Assembly: GCA_036263215.1 (NCBI GenBank)
Contig: DATAHM010000079.1
Coordinates: forward strand, 1 to 45,643
Length of the DNA: 45,643 bases
Reading direction: 5' to 3'
From: Gemmatimonadaceae bacterium
GTDB taxonomy: Bacteria > Gemmatimonadota > Gemmatimonadetes > Gemmatimonadales > Gemmatimonadaceae
Shown here: piece after piece, positions 26,552 through 36,262 of the stretch
How the letters are laid out: each line of letters starts with the position of its first letter
Numbering within the stretch: position 1 is the stretch's first letter
Notes under the pieces: model-generated
Database searches by the model: none
What the model saw: the letters and a program-made list of their open reading frames with translations, nothing else
Told to the model about the DNA's origin: nothing
Translations under genes and position numbers: made by a program

Positions 26552-29182
26552 CTAAACGGTTCTGCTGACCCCGCGCACGATTCCTTCGACGCGACGCGAC
26601 GGATCAAAGCAGTCTCGCGCCAGGTCACGCATTTCTTCTGCTGTAACGGCGCGAACTCGCGTCTCGTATTCGGCGATCTCCTGCAATCCTTCGCCGAACA
26701 TCCAGGCGTCGAGCATTTCCGCCAGCAATGTCGACCCGAGCTCCTGCGATATCGCATGCGACCCGACGGTGTATTCCTTGGCGCGAGTCAACTCGTCATC
26801 GCTCACCCGCGCATCGCGCAGCTTCTCGAATTCCGCGAGCAGCCCCGTCCTCGCGATGTCTTCTTTTTCTGGTGACGTCGCGATGTAGGACACGAAAATT
26901 CCGGCGAGACGCTTTTCACTACTGCCAGCGTGAACCGTGTAAGCGAGTGACTGGCGGTCCCTCAGCTCATCGAAGAATCGTCCGCCGAGGCCGCTCGCGA
27001 TAGTTCCAATCAGAGACGCGGCAAACCGCGACGGCTCTCTGCGCGAGGGCGCCGGAAAGGCGAGCACCATTGCCGTTTGCGCTTTGTCTCGCGACTCCAC
27101 AGCAACTTCCACGTGATCTGGCCAGTGCGGCGCCGCAACCTCCGGTAGCGGCGCGGGCTCGAGGTCGCCGAACTCACGCGCTACCTGGTCTGCAATCGTT
27201 TGCTCCTCCACATCCGCGACCACACCGATAACAATGTCAGAGCTGAGCACCGCGCTCTGGTGCCAGCGGCGCAAATCGTCCAGCGAAATCTCCTTTAGTG
27301 TTTCCTCGGTTCCCATAACTGGTGAGCCGTACGGATGCCGAGCAAACGCAAGCGCGCTTGCCAGACGCACAGGATATCGGAACATGTCGTCGCGCAGCAT
27401 CGCGACGTTCGACAGCGCTACCGCGCGCTCGATCTCCAGTGCGTCTGGCGGAAAGGTGGGATTCTGAATCACGTCACCAAGCAGTGCGACGGCGTCGCCA
27501 AGCCGGGCCGCGGGAACCGAGAAGGACCAGCCGAAGCTGTCGCTCGCCGCGCTGGGAGAGATCGAGCCGCCTAGCATCTCCGACTCTTCCGCGATTTGCG
27601 ACGCGCTCCGATTCGAAGTTCCCTTGAGCATCGTGCGCGCGGTGAGCAACGTCAGACCGGCGAGTCGTGCCGGTTCCTCGACCGCGCCGCCGGCGATGTA
27701 CACGCCGATATTCGCGATCGGAGTTCCGGGTTTTCGCCGCACCAGGATCGGCACTCCACTCGCAGTGCGGAAGATGGAAACGCCATATTCCCTTTTCTCC
27801 AGCGACGCTCGAGTAGCCGAGTGCGTCGAGGCGACATTGGCAAGGGGTACCGTGGGCAAAGAGTCGCGTACGCTTCCGGCGAGCAGCTGCTGCATGTCAG
27901 CCGCGTTTGCAGCCACGACCGAGGCACTTTGCGGACGATAAACCAGAGCCGCGGTTCGCTCCGGAGCCAGATAATGTTTTGCAACGCGCCGGATGTCGGC
28001 CGCGCTCGCTGACATGTAGCGGCGAAAATATTCGTCGCCCAGTCGCCAATCGCCCAGTGCTTGCCACTCGCTGAGATAGTTGGCGCGCCCCTCGGCCGTC
28101 TCGAAACGTCGGACCCATCGCGCCTCGAAGATCCGGCGCACACGTGTAAGCTCCTGCTCGTCGATTTCGTTCTCCCGGAGCTCCTGGAGCTGGGCCCAGA
28201 TCGCCGCGGCCGCCGCGGCAGTTTTTGGCGGCTCGGTCTCAGCGTGAATCACGAAGACGCCGAGCTCGGTCGGCGTATAGTCGTACGCGCTCACCGAGGA
28301 CGCGAGCTTTTTCTCCCGCACTGCTCTGTAAAGCCGCGATGCACGCCCGGTGGCGAGTACAGCAGCGGTCACATCCAGCACTGGGGTGTCTTCGTGAAGC
28401 GTTCCAGGAGTTCGCCAGCCGAGCACGAGTTGACTTTGGGCGATGTCGCCCGAGAGCTCCCGATAGCGGAAGCCAGTGTGGTCCGGCTCGCGCGGGCCGG
28501 ACTGCGGAGCGGGAAGTTCCGACGTGAGTCCACCGTAAAGACTCGTCACTCTGCGCAGCGCGTCGTCGGGATCTACGTCGCCCGAGATGGTGAGAATGGT
28601 GTTCGCCGGACGGTAGAAGTTCCGATAGAACGCCATCATCTTCTCGCGGGTGAAAGCGCGCAGTCCCGGCTCGCGTCCGATTCGCCAGCGTCTCATCCGG
28701 TGCTTATCGTGAAGGAGCTCGTAGAGCGTCTCAGTGGCGACCGCGGACGGGCTGTCGGACTTACGCTTGGCTTCCTGGATGATGACTTCCATTTCTTTCG
28801 CGAGCTCGTCGGCAGCGATCACGGAATTGGCGTAAGCGTCAGCCTGGATGTCGAGTCCCTTCTCGAATCCCGCCGAAGGGAGAACGGTGTAGTACGTCGT
28901 GTTGTCGTAGATGGTGTGCGCATTCAGGTAGCCACCGCTCGCTTTTGTTTCCTTGGCGATGTCGCCGACGCCGCGCCGTTTGGTGCCCTTGAAGAACATG
29001 TGCTCCAGGGCGTGGGCCAACCCGTTCTCGTCATCTCTCTCGTCGAAGTAGCCTGCCTTGACGTAAGTGACTATCGCGACGACCGGTGCGGAGTGGTCCT
29101 CCTGGATGATGACGGTGAGGCCGTTCGCCAGAACTGTGGAGTGAATTGAGGAGGGATTCATTGCGGGTTCTTGTTTCGGCAT
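26552..29182 (-). CDS. M16 (pitrilysin-family) zinc peptidase, two-module
   Basis: HALEH (HxxEH) Zn motif and LNAHT; the second module lacks HxxEH and has RFFDELRD..SLAY. Confidence 0.93.
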   Translation of the reverse strand: MPKQEPAMNPSSIHSTVLANGLTVIIQEDHSAPVVAIVTYVKAGYFDERDDENGLAHALEHMFFKGTKRRGVGDIAKETKASGGYLNAHTIYDNTTYYTVLPSAGFEKGLDIQADAYANSVIAADELAKEMEVIIQEAKRKSDSPSAVATETLYELLHDKHRMRRWRIGREPGLRAFTREKMMAFYRNFYRPANTILTISGDVDPDDALRRVTSLYGGLTSELPAPQSGPREPDHTGFRYRELSGDIAQSQLVLGWRTPGTLHEDTPVLDVTAAVLATGRASRLYRAVREKKLASSVSAYDYTPTELGVFVIHAETEPPKTAAAAAAIWAQLQELRENEIDEQELTRVRRIFEARWVRRFETAEGRANYLSEWQALGDWRLGDEYFRRYMSASAADIRRVAKHYLAPERTAALVYRPQSASVVAANAADMQQLLAGSVRDSLPTVPLANVASTHSATRASLEKREYGVSIFRTASGVPILVRRKPGTPIANIGVYIAGGAVEEPARLAGLTLLTARTMLKGTSNRSASQIAEESEMLGGSISPSAASDSFGWSFSVPAARLGDAVALLGDVIQNPTFPPDALEIERAVALSNVAMLRDDMFRYPVRLASALAFARHPYGSPVMGTEETLKEISLDDLRRWHQSAVLSSDIVIGVVADVEEQTIADQVAREFGDLEPAPLPEVAAPHWPDHVEVAVESRDKAQTAMVLAFPAPSRREPSRFAASLIGTIASGLGGRFFDELRDRQSLAYTVHAGSSEKRLAGIFVSYIATSPEKEDIARTGLLAEFEKLRDARVSDDELTRAKEYTVGSHAISQELGSTLLAEMLDAWMFGEGLQEIAEYETRVRAVTAEEMRDLARDCFDPSRRVEGIVRGVSRTV

Positions 29183-29194
29183 CGCGGGGTTCTA

Positions 29195-29295
29195 AGGTTG
29201 GAACTGCAACTCGACGGCCGAGGGCCGGTCTTGCATCTCGCTGGTTTTAGGTTGGAACTGCAACTGAACGGGCGAGAGTTCCAAGTCAATTAGTC
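29195..29295. repeat. Two tandem partial arms of the palindromic repeat family (copy 3)
   Basis: AGGTTGGAACTGCAACT occurs at 29195 and 29249. The second copy continues GAACGGGCGAGAGTTCCAAGTCAATTAG, nearly identical to the reverse complement of the right arm at 37627. Confidence 0.8.
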
Positions 29296-29315
29296 GACAG
29301 CCGTTGCACCAGAGC

Positions 29316-30047
29316 CTAGTCAGCTAACTGTCCTCGCTTCAACAACAGCAGCCCGAGCACGAAGAACAGCAACCCGTACGCTAGCAGCCAAGTGATGTCC
29401 GATGCCGGCGCGCTACGGTAGGTGATGATGCCGTTGGCCACGCTGTCGAGCTTGTGCACCGGCGGCAACAGCTGCACGAGCTTCCCCACGAATCCAGGTT
29501 TGGCGCCGTACAAGCTGCGCAGCATGTGGGAGCCGAGCCATACCGCCGCGAGAGTCAGCCAATCGAGGCGCGTCGCGACTGATATGAAAAATCCGATTCC
29601 ACCCATCGCGATGTAGATGAGCGCGGAGTACAAGACGAAATTGAAAACGCTGAAGCTGGCGACGAAATGCTTGAGCATTAGCGACAGCAGCAGCATCGCG
29701 ATGAGGACGCCAACCATGTACACCACGAACAGCTGCGCGTAAAACGCGACGGGGCTCAGCGGTTTCGCGAAAATGAATCGGTAGTAGCCCATCTTTCGAT
29801 CCGTCGACACCATGCCGTTGAGAGCGATGAGGACCGCGAGCGAAACCACCGATGAGATGACGGTCATCAGAATTGACCACGTCGGTGAAAGTGGATTCGC
29901 CGCAAAGGCCGGCCCCATGCTCGCCCTCACAGGCGCGATCAGCAGGTAACCCCACAACACGCCGATGATCATGATTGCGATTCCGCGATCCACCACGAAA
30001 TCGCGGAACTGCCACGGCGCGTATCTGATGAGGCCACGCTCGCTCAC
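29316..30047 (-). CDS. ABC-2 type transporter permease
   Basis: About six TM segments; DRKMGYYRFIFAKP; follows the ABC ATPase with a GTGA overlap. Confidence 0.82.
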   Translation of the reverse strand: MSERGLIRYAPWQFRDFVVDRGIAIMIIGVLWGYLLIAPVRASMGPAFAANPLSPTWSILMTVISSVVSLAVLIALNGMVSTDRKMGYYRFIFAKPLSPVAFYAQLFVVYMVGVLIAMLLLSLMLKHFVASFSVFNFVLYSALIYIAMGGIGFFISVATRLDWLTLAAVWLGSHMLRSLYGAKPGFVGKLVQLLPPVHKLDSVANGIITYRSAPASDITWLLAYGLLFFVLGLLLLKRGQLAD

Positions 30048-30955
30048 TGAGTATCTCCGACGGCTTCGCGAAATTGCTGCTCCAGCACCGAGCGCTCCGG
30101 CACAACGCTGGCGACCAGCCCACCATTTGCGATCAGCTCGGCCAGCGCTGCATTGAGCTCCCGCACGCTTCCCACGGTGACATCGTACTCGCCCTTTCCG
30201 GTTTGTTCGACGAGCGAGAAAGCCTGCCGCACGCGATCGAACCCGGCTGCCATCGTCAGTCGAAAACGCGTCGCGGCTGGCGCGGCTTGCTCATAACCGG
30301 TACTCACGACGCGCTGAAGGCGGCCGTTGTCGATGATCGCCACGCGATCCGCGAGTCGTTGCAGCTCGTCCAGGTTGTGGGATGCGATTACGATCGTACG
30401 GTCGGGACGCTTGAGGCTCTCGACGATCTCGCGGAAATTCTGGGTCCAGACCGGATCAAGCCCATGGGTCGGCTCGTCGAGAATCAGAATCTGCTCGTCG
30501 CGAAGGAGCGTCTGCGCGAGCCCAACGCGTTGCAAGTTTCCCTTCGAAAGCGCTTTCACTTTCTTGTCGCGGTGCTCCTCGAGTCCCAGACGCTCGATTA
30601 CCTCACCGACGCGGGCTCGTACCCTGTGTGAGGGGATGCCCGCCAGGATCGCATATCGCGTGAGCGCTGTGTCCGCGCGCCATTTCGGATTTATCGCGAC
30701 GAGCTCGGAGAGATATCCAATTCCGTTTCGCTCGACGTAGGTTCTCGCCGGCAAGCCGTTGATCTCGACTTTGCCCGTCGTTGGCCGAAGGTAGCCAAGC
30801 ATCATCGCAATGAGGGTCGACTTCCCCGCCCCGTTCGGCCCCGCGATGCCCAGAATTTCTCCGTCGAGTATCTGTAACGAAAACTCCTCGACCGCTTTTA
30901 CCGACGTGCCGAGGAGTGATTTGTAAGTCTTCCCGACGTTCCTGAAGTCGATCAC
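30044..30955 (-). CDS. ABC transporter ATP-binding protein
   Basis: GPNGAGKST, LSKGNLQR, ILDEPTHGLDP and ASH motifs. Start GTG 30955 overlaps the upstream stop. Confidence 0.93.
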   Translation of the reverse strand: MIDFRNVGKTYKSLLGTSVKAVEEFSLQILDGEILGIAGPNGAGKSTLIAMMLGYLRPTTGKVEINGLPARTYVERNGIGYLSELVAINPKWRADTALTRYAILAGIPSHRVRARVGEVIERLGLEEHRDKKVKALSKGNLQRVGLAQTLLRDEQILILDEPTHGLDPVWTQNFREIVESLKRPDRTIVIASHNLDELQRLADRVAIIDNGRLQRVVSTGYEQAAPAATRFRLTMAAGFDRVRQAFSLVEQTGKGEYDVTVGSVRELNAALAELIANGGLVASVVPERSVLEQQFREAVGDTQ

Positions 30956-32169
30956 AACGGAGGAGGCGACGTTGTGGTCACCGGCTGCAAGCAGGCTGTC
31001 CACGGACCTGTACCCGCGTTGCTTATGAACTTCGTGCCTTCCTGTACGCGCGACAGGCGCATCAGCGCGCAGCCGAGATACCCTTGCGACGCGCGATCCT
31101 GCGGATTCGCCTGAACGGCGCGGACCAGAAAGCGCCGAGCGAGATCGTACTGTTTGCCCGAAAAAAGAATGAGACCCATTTCGCGCAGAGCAATGTAGTT
31201 GCGCGGATCGAGGCGCAGGGCGCTGTCCAGCTCTGCTCTGGCAGTAGCAAGGTCCCCCTCTTCGCGTGAGATCCGGGCGAGGAATACGTGCGGGGTCGCT
31301 GCCTGAGGATCGTCCTTCACCGCCTTCGCGAACTCGCCGCGCGCTCGCTCACGCTGGCCATTTTTCATCGCGTCGATTCCGGCAGCGAGTGACGCGTTCC
31401 CGCCTGAACGTCCGCGAAGCGCGAAATAGCCACCGATAACCAGTAGGAGCAGCAGTGGAACTCCAACGACGAGCCATACCGGCATCCGTCGCCAGCCGCG
31501 CCCGCTTTCTGCCGCTGCGAGCGCATGCTCGACGTTGGCGCGCCCGATGCCGCCACCGCCGGCCGGAGCTGCCGTGGTTCCTGTTGGAGGCGTGAACGTG
31601 CCTGCCGGTGGCAGCTCTATCGTCGGCGGTCCCGCGGAGCGGCGACCCGCATAAGCTGGCGGCTGACGGTAGCCCCCGCCGGCTGAAGGTGGCGCGTACG
31701 GCGATGGAGGTGCGGACGGGGCTGGCGCCGAAGGTGGATTCGAAACCGAACGCTGGCCGCGAGGAGTGTAGGCGGGTTGGGCAGGAGCCGTTGTGGTAGC
31801 AGTCGACGCCGGAGCCTGTCCGGTCAGCGCAGCTTCGAGTGCCTTGAACCCGTCGACGGCCGCATCGCCGTCGGCCTGGGTCGGCCGGTAACTGGTGCGA
31901 TTTGCGCGGTCGCGCGCCGCGAGAAACTCGAGCAACAGGTGCGCGTTATCGAGCGAGATGAGCTCCGCCTGCCGCGCGGCGCGTATGAGCTGTTGACCAG
32001 TGAGCGACGAATTTCCGACGAGGGCCTGCAGCGCCGCCTCGGCGCCGCCCCAGAGATCGATGATATCGGCCGCCAGATCTTCAGCCGAACGTGGTGTATC
32101 GAAGTGCGCGAGAACGGGGCGAGCCCCGTTAAGTGCGGTGAGCGCCGCCTGGTTGTTCTGCGGGCTCAC
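30952..32169 (-). CDS. Bitopic membrane protein: N-terminal helical domain, Pro-rich linker, TM helix, C-terminal TPRs
   Basis: TM WLVVGVPLLLLLVIGGYFAL; TPR-like ALRLDPRN and AVQANPQD repeats. Confidence 0.82.
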   Translation of the reverse strand: MSPQNNQAALTALNGARPVLAHFDTPRSAEDLAADIIDLWGGAEAALQALVGNSSLTGQQLIRAARQAELISLDNAHLLLEFLAARDRANRTSYRPTQADGDAAVDGFKALEAALTGQAPASTATTTAPAQPAYTPRGQRSVSNPPSAPAPSAPPSPYAPPSAGGGYRQPPAYAGRRSAGPPTIELPPAGTFTPPTGTTAAPAGGGGIGRANVEHALAAAESGRGWRRMPVWLVVGVPLLLLLVIGGYFALRGRSGGNASLAAGIDAMKNGQRERARGEFAKAVKDDPQAATPHVFLARISREEGDLATARAELDSALRLDPRNYIALREMGLILFSGKQYDLARRFLVRAVQANPQDRASQGYLGCALMRLSRVQEGTKFISNAGTGPWTACLQPVTTTSPPPL

Positions 32170-33218
32170 CTTAGAATGCGCAAAAGCCCTGCATCCGCAC
32201 TACGACGAATGAAGCTCTCTGCATCCTGCTCCGGTTTCGGAGCCTCCTTGAGGCAATTGGCATCGCGCATCTTGTCGACGATCTCTTCCCACGTTCCTTC
32301 GAAGGTGTTGCCGTCGTCGAGCTTGATGCGGTGGGACTCTGGCACCGACTTCACATCCGCGAAGCTCGAGAGCAGCGCGCCGAACAGCTCGAGCTGGCCC
32401 TTCGCTTCCGTTTGCGTCGCGTCCATGTGCTTCGCTTCGATCTCGGCGAGCATCTCATCGATGTCGTCGAGCTCGCCGGCGAGATCGCGAAGTCTCTCCT
32501 CCCACGGCCGGATTTCGGGATCATTGTCGCGCAGGCGGTAGATCATCTTCTTCAGCTCGATGAGTCTCCAGATGCCGAGCTCGTCCCAGTGGTCTTCAGG
32601 AGTGGAGCGATCGAGATGATAGAGCGCTGCTTCGTAATCGCCGCGATCGTAGAAGATGTTGCCTAGGTAGATGCGCGCCTCGGTGTGATCGGGATCCATC
32701 TGCAGCGCGCGACGCAAAGTCGAGATCGCGGCTTCGTCGTTCCCCAGCCGGTGCTCGGCGTACCCGATGCACGAAACGGCCTCGGCGGCGTCTGGCGTTT
32801 GCTGCGCGGCGATCTCGAAGAACTGCTTGGATTCCTCGATCAGGCCTTCACGGAAAAGTGCGCGGCCGATCTGAAGCATCAGCTCAACGTCGTCCTGGTA
32901 GCCAAGCTCCAGGGTGTGACGGAAGCTCTTTAGCGCGTAGTCCTGCTGCCCGAATTTGAGCAGCGTCTCGCCGAGCCCGGCAAGTGCGTCCTCGTGATCA
33001 GGATCGAGAACGAGGGCTTCCTCGAAGCTCCGGCGTGCCCAGGCGTACTCTTCGCGCGCGTGGTGCGCGTAGCCAACCCCAATGTGGAGCTCCACCGAGT
33101 TCGGGTAGAGACTGAGTCCCTCTCTGAGCACGTCGAGAGCTTCATCGTACTGGCCTTCGTTGTATAACTGATGCGCTCTCTCGTCGTACTCTTCAGAACT
33201 CAAAAAAGGTGTTGGCAT
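32166..33218 (-). CDS. Cytoplasmic tetratricopeptide repeat protein
   Basis: Multiple TPRs (ALVLDPDH, ALQMDPDH); acidic; GGAGG RBS. Confidence 0.88.
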   Translation of the reverse strand: MPTPFLSSEEYDERAHQLYNEGQYDEALDVLREGLSLYPNSVELHIGVGYAHHAREEYAWARRSFEEALVLDPDHEDALAGLGETLLKFGQQDYALKSFRHTLELGYQDDVELMLQIGRALFREGLIEESKQFFEIAAQQTPDAAEAVSCIGYAEHRLGNDEAAISTLRRALQMDPDHTEARIYLGNIFYDRGDYEAALYHLDRSTPEDHWDELGIWRLIELKKMIYRLRDNDPEIRPWEERLRDLAGELDDIDEMLAEIEAKHMDATQTEAKGQLELFGALLSSFADVKSVPESHRIKLDDGNTFEGTWEEIVDKMRDANCLKEAPKPEQDAESFIRRSADAGLLRILR

Positions 33219-33253
33219 AACGACGCACCCTCCGAGGAGTCGAGTATAAGACT

Positions 33254-33283
33254 ATTGTACTCTTTAGACACAGCATTGTTCAA
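33254..33283 (-). promoter_or_regulatory. Putative sigma70 promoter for the TPR-ABC operon
   Basis: On the minus strand, TTGAAC-N18-TACAAT in an AT-rich intergenic region. Confidence 0.45.
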
Positions 33284-33309
33284 GGTAGTAACATCCGCCG
33301 AAATACGGC

Positions 33310-34512
33310 TCAGGTGACGACCGCAATTCGCTCGGAGTACCGCTGCCAGGTGTCGCTCTCGAGAGCCGCATCGATTTCGTGCACGGCCTCCTCGAGCTCC
33401 TCCTCTTTCGTGAAGAAATGAGGGGCAATCCTGATACCAGCACCGACGCGATAGTCGACCAGGATGTCCCTGGAAAGTAGGTGCTGGGCAACCTCGTAGC
33501 CATGAGGGACGTCCACAGCGACCGTTCCTCCTCTCCTGGCGGGATCGCGCGGTGCTTTCACGATGTATCCGCGCTCGAGCGCGAGATCGATGAGGCGCGA
33601 AGTGAGGCGTACACTCTTTTCCCGGATCGCGTCGATCCCCGCCCGGCGAAGAATTTTCGGCCCTTCGGCGGCAGCGTACAGGGCGGGAATCACCGGAGTC
33701 CCATTCAACCAGCGAAATGGGCCCGTCGTGTACTCCATGGATTCTTCGAATGCAAACGGTCGCGAGTGCGCCTGCCAGCCGGTGAGCGACGGCTTGAGCT
33801 GGTCGCGAACCGCTGGGCTCACGTAGAGGAAGCACGCGCCGGGACCGCCGCACAACCACTTGAGAACGCCTCCAGTGAGAAAATCCACTCCGCTCTTCTT
33901 CACGTCGACCGGAACGACTCCAACCGCGTGAAAGGAGTCGAGGGATACGAGAGCGCCCATCTCGTGTGCCCGCCGGCAAATTGCATCGGCATCCATCAGA
34001 AAAGCGCTTCTAAAGAGAACGTGCGATACCGCGACGAGCCGGGTTCGTTCGTCTATCGCGGCGATGAGCCGGTCGAGGTCGATCGTGATGCCATCGTCGG
34101 AAGGTACGACAACCACGCGTGCGCCCAAGCGCGCCGCCATCTCGGCGTAAGCGTAGCGCACCGACGGAAAATCGAGCTCGCTCATCACGATGGTGTCGCG
34201 CTCATTGGGGAAATCGACCGCGGAGAGAACGGCGGTTTGAGCGATGGTGACGTTGGGCATCATGACCACTTCGCCGTCGCCTGCATTTATCAAAGGCGCG
34301 ATCTCGTTCCCGACGTTCACCGGTTTTTCCCACCAGCCGCGGGCCCACGCCTTCACACCCAGCTCTCCCCAATCGCGGGCATACTCGGCAAGTCTCTCGG
34401 GCACGGTGCGCGGCATTGGCCCGAGCGAGTTCGAGACGAGATAGTTCACCCGCTCGAGGATCGGGAACTCCTCGCGGAACACGAGCAGCGGATCTTTCGT
34501 TGTGCTTTGCAC
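33310..34512 (-). CDS. Kynureninase-like class V PLP-dependent enzyme
   Basis: REEFP, YLVSNSLGPMP, WARGW, DFPS, LDSFHAVG and LKWLCGGPG motifs. Start trimmed to GTG 34512. Confidence 0.85.
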   Translation of the reverse strand: MQSTTKDPLLVFREEFPILERVNYLVSNSLGPMPRTVPERLAEYARDWGELGVKAWARGWWEKPVNVGNEIAPLINAGDGEVVMMPNVTIAQTAVLSAVDFPNERDTIVMSELDFPSVRYAYAEMAARLGARVVVVPSDDGITIDLDRLIAAIDERTRLVAVSHVLFRSAFLMDADAICRRAHEMGALVSLDSFHAVGVVPVDVKKSGVDFLTGGVLKWLCGGPGACFLYVSPAVRDQLKPSLTGWQAHSRPFAFEESMEYTTGPFRWLNGTPVIPALYAAAEGPKILRRAGIDAIREKSVRLTSRLIDLALERGYIVKAPRDPARRGGTVAVDVPHGYEVAQHLLSRDILVDYRVGAGIRIAPHFFTKEEELEEAVHEIDAALESDTWQRYSERIAVVT

Positions 34513-34534
34513 CGTCAGGGTGTGGCTGCGCCCG

Positions 34535-36199
34535 TCACTGACCTTTCTGCGACGACTCGCGGATTGCCTTGAACTCGGCATCCGCGTTCCAGGTCGGGAC
34601 CGTATCGCCATTCGCGAGACTGAACCCGAAACGATAGACAATCTCCGCGAGCTGCGCTGCGCCGCGCAGATCAAAATCGCGGTGGTACTCGTCGGAGGGT
34701 TGGTGGTATCGGTGAGCGGTGTAGTCGTCTGCCTGCTGCAGTCCCCAGCCCGCCGGACGCCCGACGTAATCGGTGCCAGCGCCGATCGATACGGACGGAA
34801 TGCCAACCTTCGCGAAGGAGAAGTGATCGGACCGGTAGAAATGTCCCTGCTCAGGGTGCGCGTCCGGCGAGAGCTGAACGCCTTCCGGTCTCAGCATCTG
34901 CGCGAGCGCCGGGCCCAGGGAGCTCTTGTTGTCGCCCATTACGTCGAGGTCGCGTACGCGGCCGCTGAGGGTGACAACGTCCATGTTCAGCGCCGCGATG
35001 ATCTTCGAGGCGGGAACCGTGGGATGCTCGGCGAAATACTGGGAGCCGAGGAGACCGGACTCTTCCGCCGTAACGAAGATGAAGAGCTGCGAGCGGCGAG
35101 GCCTCACGCCTTCGGCTGCGGCGTGGGCGATAGTCAGCACGGTGGCGACGCCCGATGCGTTGTCCACCGCTCCGTTGTAAATCGAATCGCCATTGATTGC
35201 GGGACCGATTCCGAAGTGGTCCCAGTGTGCGCTGTAGGCGACGTACTGGTCGCGGACCTTGGGATCGAGTCCAGTCAGTACGCCGACCACGTTGTTGGAC
35301 GACATGTGCTGCAGAGAGTTCTTCATCGACGCGTCGATGATGATTCCGGTAGGAACCGGGCGAAAACTTCTCGACTCGGCCTGCTTCCGAAGTTGCGCCA
35401 TGTTGAGCCCGGCCTGGGCAAGCAGCGCCGCGGCAGCGCTGTCGGTGATCCAGCCCCGTACGCCAATCGGTGCGGGCAGGGACGCAGGGCGTGGCAGGAT
35501 GCGGTGCTCAGTTGAATTCGAGCTCACTACGACGGACCAGGGATAGCCGGCACGCTCGGTCGTGTGAACGATGAGCATCCCCGCGGCGCCCCGTCGCTCT
35601 GCCTCCTCGAACTTGTAAGTCCAGCGACCATAGTAGGTCATCGCCTTTCCGCCGAAAAGATTCGGCTCGCCGGGAAGTGCTGGAGGATCGTTCACGAGCA
35701 CGAGCAGAATTTTTCCACGGACGTCCGTGCCCTTGAAATCGTCCCACTTGTATTCGGGCGCGCTTGCGCCGTATCCGACGAACACCAGCTCGCCGTGCGC
35801 CGCGCTTGATTCGGTCGCGGAGCCGGGCCAGACGACGACATCGTCGGTGAATCGGAGATTCGCATTGGCTTTGCCCGATGCCGTCACTTTGATGCTCGCG
35901 GGATCAGCCTTTACGACATCGATCGGAACGCGCTGGAAATAGGAGGAATCGCCGACTCCCGGCTTGATGCCGAATGTCTGCAGCTCGGTCGCGATGTACT
36001 GCTCGGTCAGCTCGCCGCCGCGCGTCGCCGGGGCGCGGCCTTCGAGCAGATCCGATGACAAAAAGCGGAGATGCGCGTCGATCTCCTGAGGATTGATGCG
36101 GCTGGCTCCGCGATCTGACTGAGCGGTCGCCTGGCCATTGGTAGTTGCAGCTAATCCCAGCGTGAGCGCGAGGGAAAGGAAAACGGTGGAACGAGTCAT
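34535..36199 (-). CDS. Secreted M28 family peptidase with PA domain
   Basis: Signal peptide; SDLLEGR, AHWDH, NGAVDNASG, TAEESGLLGS, RSDH and YHQPSD motifs. Confidence 0.93.
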   Translation of the reverse strand: MTRSTVFLSLALTLGLAATTNGQATAQSDRGASRINPQEIDAHLRFLSSDLLEGRAPATRGGELTEQYIATELQTFGIKPGVGDSSYFQRVPIDVVKADPASIKVTASGKANANLRFTDDVVVWPGSATESSAAHGELVFVGYGASAPEYKWDDFKGTDVRGKILLVLVNDPPALPGEPNLFGGKAMTYYGRWTYKFEEAERRGAAGMLIVHTTERAGYPWSVVVSSNSTEHRILPRPASLPAPIGVRGWITDSAAAALLAQAGLNMAQLRKQAESRSFRPVPTGIIIDASMKNSLQHMSSNNVVGVLTGLDPKVRDQYVAYSAHWDHFGIGPAINGDSIYNGAVDNASGVATVLTIAHAAAEGVRPRRSQLFIFVTAEESGLLGSQYFAEHPTVPASKIIAALNMDVVTLSGRVRDLDVMGDNKSSLGPALAQMLRPEGVQLSPDAHPEQGHFYRSDHFSFAKVGIPSVSIGAGTDYVGRPAGWGLQQADDYTAHRYHQPSDEYHRDFDLRGAAQLAEIVYRFGFSLANGDTVPTWNADAEFKAIRESSQKGQ

Positions 36200-36262
36200 C
36201 GCTTCTTTCTCTGTGAGTGTGATGTTGCCACTACATTATACTCTCCTGTCCATAACCTTAGC

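Noticed and set aside
29195-29295. 17-bp direct repeats 54 nt apart resembling a mini CRISPR array
   Set aside because: There are only two units, the similarity extends into the supposed spacer, the sequence matches the palindromic repeat arms, and no cas genes are present.
28061-35515. Long plus-strand ORFs (28061-29149, 33481-34572, 34502-35515) and the many other overlapping ORFs in the track
   Set aside because: They are antisense or alternate-frame shadows of well-supported genes, expected at high GC, and show no recognisable motifs.
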